Assembly (NCBI GenBank): GCA_905178155.1
Contig: CAJINV010000035.1
Span: 119,571-137,164 of the forward strand
Direction of reading: 5' to 3'
DNA length: 17,594 nucleotides
DNA from: Amoebophrya sp. A120
Lineage: Eukaryota > Protista > Dinoflagellata
In this document: in pieces, positions 17,532 through 17,594 of the stretch
Position numbering within the stretch: the first letter of the stretch is position 1
Layout: every line of letters begins with the position of its first letter
Program-made: the position numbers and the translations under genes
The notes under the pieces: generated by a model
The model's input: the letters and a program-made list of their open reading frames with translations, nothing else
Told to the model about the DNA's origin: nothing
Databases searched by the model: none

Positions 17532-17594
17532 TATCAAATGTAAAAATGTCTGGGTCTGGAAGAATGCAAGATTTGTGATGCAGGTTTTCCATGA
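17532..17594. mobile_element. Introner family C2, truncated by window edge
   Basis: tatcaaatgtaaaaatgtctgggtctggaagaatgc matches the left end of the 9982 element. Confidence 0.8.

Overview
Eukaryotic (protist-like) DNA in two parts. (1) About 342-6016: a tyrosine-recombinase (DIRS-order) retrotransposon with three + strand ORFs in the unusual order YR (375-1574), gag-like CCCH zinc-finger protein (2122-2940), RT/RNase H (3610-5913). I see no inverted or split terminal repeats. It has a 13-bp near-identical core at both putative junctions, an internal 73-bp direct repeat and a long hairpin before RT. It lies between two copies of a >=257-bp segment (1-257 = 6209-6465) that appears to be host-gene sequence. 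(2) About 6242-17594: two minus-strand host genes broken up by about 20 short (145-315 bp) MITE-like elements of several families, with TAT...ATA ends, terminal inverted repeats and 5-bp direct repeats. By hand, removing each element plus exactly one 5-bp repeat restores a continuous frame at 19 of 19 intragenic junctions (about 297 aa and about 1000 aa). They therefore behave as non-canonical, orientation-independent introns (introners). This resembles what is known for the syndinean parasite Amoebophrya, but the organism is an inference. All alignments and frames were checked by eye; boundaries can slide within the 5-bp repeats.
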